Virus record (IMG/VR): IMGVR_UViG_3300030012_004117
Location: 1-24,588 of that record
DNA: 24,588 nucleotides
Strand: one strand, 5' to 3'
Source of the DNA: a virus
Lineage: Duplodnaviria; Caudoviricetes
Shown: piece after piece, positions 22,883 through 24,588 of the stretch
Layout of the letters: the number at the start of each line of letters is the position of its first letter
Numbering within the stretch: position 1 is the first letter of the stretch
The notes under the pieces: model-generated
Database searches by the model: none
What the model was told of the DNA's origin: nothing
Seen by the model: the letters and a program-made list of their open reading frames with translations, nothing else
Program-made: the position numbers and the translations under genes

Positions 22883-23059
22883 TTAATATCCCGCCCACGC
22901 TCTAAGGTTTTTGATTGTGGAGAATTCGATCCAAGCCCCGCGAGATACCCCGTGGCCTCCTGCTGGTTCACTGTTTAGGATAAACAGCTTTCCGTTGTTG
23001 AGGAACGCCTCGCGTCCCCAGTCGTGGGACATAGCCCAGTGTAGGTGTTGTTTATTCAT
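22883..23059 (-). CDS. small hypothetical phage protein (58 aa), below the ORF-track cutoff
   Basis: MNKQHLHWAMSHDWGREAFLNNGKLFILNSEPAGGHGVSRGAWIEFSTIKNLRAWAGY*. A-rich leader ...ACTAATC-ATG, and TAA-A-ATG coupling to the next gene. Confidence 0.75.
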   Translation of the reverse strand: MNKQHLHWAMSHDWGREAFLNNGKLFILNSEPAGGHGVSRGAWIEFSTIKNLRAWAGY

Positions 23060-23071
23060 GATTAGTTTTTT

Positions 23072-23431
23072 CTAAGCACACGGTGAGTCTGCTTTATTAA
23101 TTCCGCTCCACCACTGGGTGACAGTGGCTTGGTGTTCTTCACCTTCATTTCCAAGGTAGATCAGTTGGTGCTTGCACCCTTTCTTCAGCCAGCAAGGTGT
23201 GCTTGAAAAGAAAGGGTGTTCCCTGTCCAGATCTGGCGTGATCTCAAGCCTCCACTGGACATCTGGCCACTCTCCCCTGTCGAACTCGTCTGGTTCTAGA
23301 AGTTGTCGGGTGGACTGCCACCCGTCGAGGTCTACCGCAATCTTGGTTGGAGCGTGTATGGGGCGCGTGAATCGGCAACCCGATTCTGTTTGGAAGAACA
23401 ATTTGTTTTCGGTTTTATTTACCAGTTTCAT
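23072..23431 (-). CDS. hypothetical protein (Trp-rich)
   Basis: 119-aa ORF preceded by the AATCATTAATCAC leader motif. Confidence 0.7.
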   Translation of the reverse strand: MKLVNKTENKLFFQTESGCRFTRPIHAPTKIAVDLDGWQSTRQLLEPDEFDRGEWPDVQWRLEITPDLDREHPFFSSTPCWLKKGCKHQLIYLGNEGEEHQATVTQWWSGINKADSPCA

Positions 23432-23469
23432 GATTGATGATTAGTGATTAATGATTGAGGTTTTTTGGT

Positions 23470-23733
23470 TTAGGATAGATTATTTTTTGATTCCGTAAAA
23501 GGAATCGAATTCACCGCTGACTGTAGTGCCGCCTTTATCGTTTTTCCGCTGGCCGCCAAGCCGCCATTCTTATCATGGCAAACCCAACCTTGACCTTCCC
23601 TTTTAATTCTGAATAAAGGGAGTGAGGATTCATCCTTCAAATCGACAGCCCAGTATATACCCACCTCGATTTTCTGGATAAAAAAACGAGACGTTGTATC
23701 TGAGCCTGTTTGGATTTGTAATCTATTTCTCAT
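23470..23733 (-). CDS. hypothetical protein
   Basis: 87-aa ORF with a beta-rich small-protein pattern (W.C....G.....TIKAA). Confidence 0.7.
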   Translation of the reverse strand: MRNRLQIQTGSDTTSRFFIQKIEVGIYWAVDLKDESSLPLFRIKREGQGWVCHDKNGGLAASGKTIKAALQSAVNSIPFTESKNNLS

Positions 23734-23754
23734 TATATAAATAGTGTGGTTGTT

Positions 23755-23788
23755 GGTTTTGCTTTTGGTTTTGGTTTTGGTTTTGGTT
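23755..23788. repeat. 6-bp tandem repeat (GGTTTT) x about 5.7
   Basis: ggtttt gctttt ggtttt ggtttt ggtttt ggtt, intergenic and directly after the stop of 23787-24185. Confidence 0.9.
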
Positions 23789-24185
23789 ATGACTTGGCGA
23801 GCGTTACAAATTTCCCTTCTCCCCGCTTTTTAGCCCTCCTATACTCTTGCAGAATGAGTCCAGCTTTCAGCCTACGGGCCTCTTTTATTACGCGATCAAA
23901 CTGGGCAGTGCTTTCCCACTGAGACCACCCCTCTTCTGCTTCGTCATGGTCAGCAGACAAGATGCCCCTATGTTCGAGCGATCCGTAGAGCGTTCCAGTG
24001 TAGATTTTCAACCAGACCTTTTCACCCTCCGCTAACAGGCGATACTTCGTCCTCTCAGCCTCTGCTTCGGGGAATGGCTTGTAGTCATAGTGCCCTGTCC
24101 AGACGGTCAGGTTACCGAAGTCCTCCCGCTTGATTGAGGAGGGATCGCAGTGCCTTAGCTCCTCTGGAGTTTTAATCGTTTTCAT
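23787..24185 (-). CDS. hypothetical protein
   Basis: 132-aa ORF preceded by the repeated leader motif. Confidence 0.7.
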   Translation of the reverse strand: MKTIKTPEELRHCDPSSIKREDFGNLTVWTGHYDYKPFPEAEAERTKYRLLAEGEKVWLKIYTGTLYGSLEHRGILSADHDEAEEGWSQWESTAQFDRVIKEARRLKAGLILQEYRRAKKRGEGKFVTLAKS

Positions 24186-24206
24186 GATGTGTGATTAATG
24201 ATTATC

Positions 24207-24377
24207 TCATTTAGAAACGGTGTATTCCCACCCCATACCATTGCAGAGTGCCTCCCCCAGTTCTTGAGAATTGCACTTGGCGACCTCTTTTTCGTCGGGG
24301 TGATCGAGAACACTCGTATCAGGCGAGGTGATGACGATCCACTCGTTCTCTCGTGCTTTGTAAACGATCGCTTTCAT
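24207..24377 (-). CDS. small hypothetical protein (56 aa), below the ORF-track cutoff
   Basis: MKAIVYKARENEWIVITSPDTSVLDHPDEKEVAKCNSQELGEALCNGMGWEYTVSK*, preceded by the repeated leader motif. Confidence 0.7.
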   Translation of the reverse strand: MKAIVYKARENEWIVITSPDTSVLDHPDEKEVAKCNSQELGEALCNGMGWEYTVSK

Positions 24378-24400
24378 GATGTGTGGTTAATGATTAAGGA

Positions 24401-24588
24401 TTATGACACGTCCTCTTTTGCGAGGATGTAGATTTTGGAAAACGTATGGTGAGAGTCATCCACCACGATAATGAAATTTCGTTGGGGGTCGCCTTCGCGG
24501 AGGTCGGACACGATTGCGTCTACTCCATCGTGAGAGATAGTCTCAAAGAGGTAGGCATCAGGATGCCCGATAATGGATTCTTTATTCA
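24401..24588 (-). CDS. small hypothetical protein, start at or beyond the window edge
   Basis: Open frame NKESIIGHPDAYLFETISHDGVDAIVSDLREGDPQRNFIIVVDDSHHTFSKIYILAKEDVS*. The window ends on ..TG, consistent with an ATG at 24589. Confidence 0.6.
   Translation of the reverse strand, partial: NKESIIGHPDAYLFETISHDGVDAIVSDLREGDPQRNFIIVVDDSHHTFSKIYILAKEDVS

Larger units (their letters stand above)
23444..24396 (-). promoter_or_regulatory. repeated leader motif AATCATTAA(T/C)CAC upstream of three small genes
   Basis: Plus strand GTG(A/G)TTAATGATT at 23444-23456, 24191-24203 and 24383-24395. Segments 24180-24204 and 24372-24396 match at 24/25 nt and include the ATG. Confidence 0.75.

Noticed and set aside
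22882-22971. N-terminal extension of ORF 22654..22971
   Set aside because: It overlaps a better-supported 58-aa gene. The recognisable sequence begins after ATG 22881.
24198-24431. 77-aa plus-strand ORF (also 23172..23444 and 23847..24035)
   Set aside because: Antisense to minus-strand genes that carry the shared leader motif.
1-24588. Stop-codon recoding, tRNA genes, introns or inteins
   Set aside because: Coding density is high in the standard code, with TAA, TAG and TGA all used as stops. I saw no tRNA cloverleaf, intein or intron signatures by eye; a tRNAscan/Rfam run would confirm.

Overview
The whole window reads as part of a tailed dsDNA phage (Caudoviricetes) genome, probably podovirus-like. 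Genes are densely packed in the standard code, mostly without Shine-Dalgarno motifs, and no core bacterial context is visible. Left (1-2241, minus strand): a phage-borne DNA polymerase III beta clamp (DnaN, cut by the window edge and missing from the ORF track), a RuvC-like resolvase, a DUF3310 protein and an HTH protein that is probably the small terminase. That gene sits head-to-head with the large terminase (2307-4079, +). A self-contained papain-like Cys-His-Asp gene with its own promoter and an 18-bp hairpin follows, then a dyad-rich divergent intergenic region. Middle (4928-19461, +): basic and coiled-coil putative virion/core proteins and a 3778-aa polyvalent, probably ejected protein carrying a zincin-like domain, an HhH DNA-glycosylase-like domain and an ART-PolyVal ADP-ribosyltransferase. 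The ART is preceded by what looks like an 'empty' copy of its flanking scaffold. Right (19458-24588, minus): a signal-peptide NlpC/P60 hydrolase, an HTH regulator, a DNA-modification locus and an array of small early-type genes with repeated leader motifs. The most striking structure is a SAM methyltransferase gene inserted into the 5' end of a TAGT/GREB1-like base glycosyltransferase. It is bounded by a perfect 28-bp direct repeat that rebuilds both the gene start and the upstream stop codon, so it forms a potentially excisable 777-bp DNA-modification cassette. All family calls come from motif recognition by eye, not database searches.
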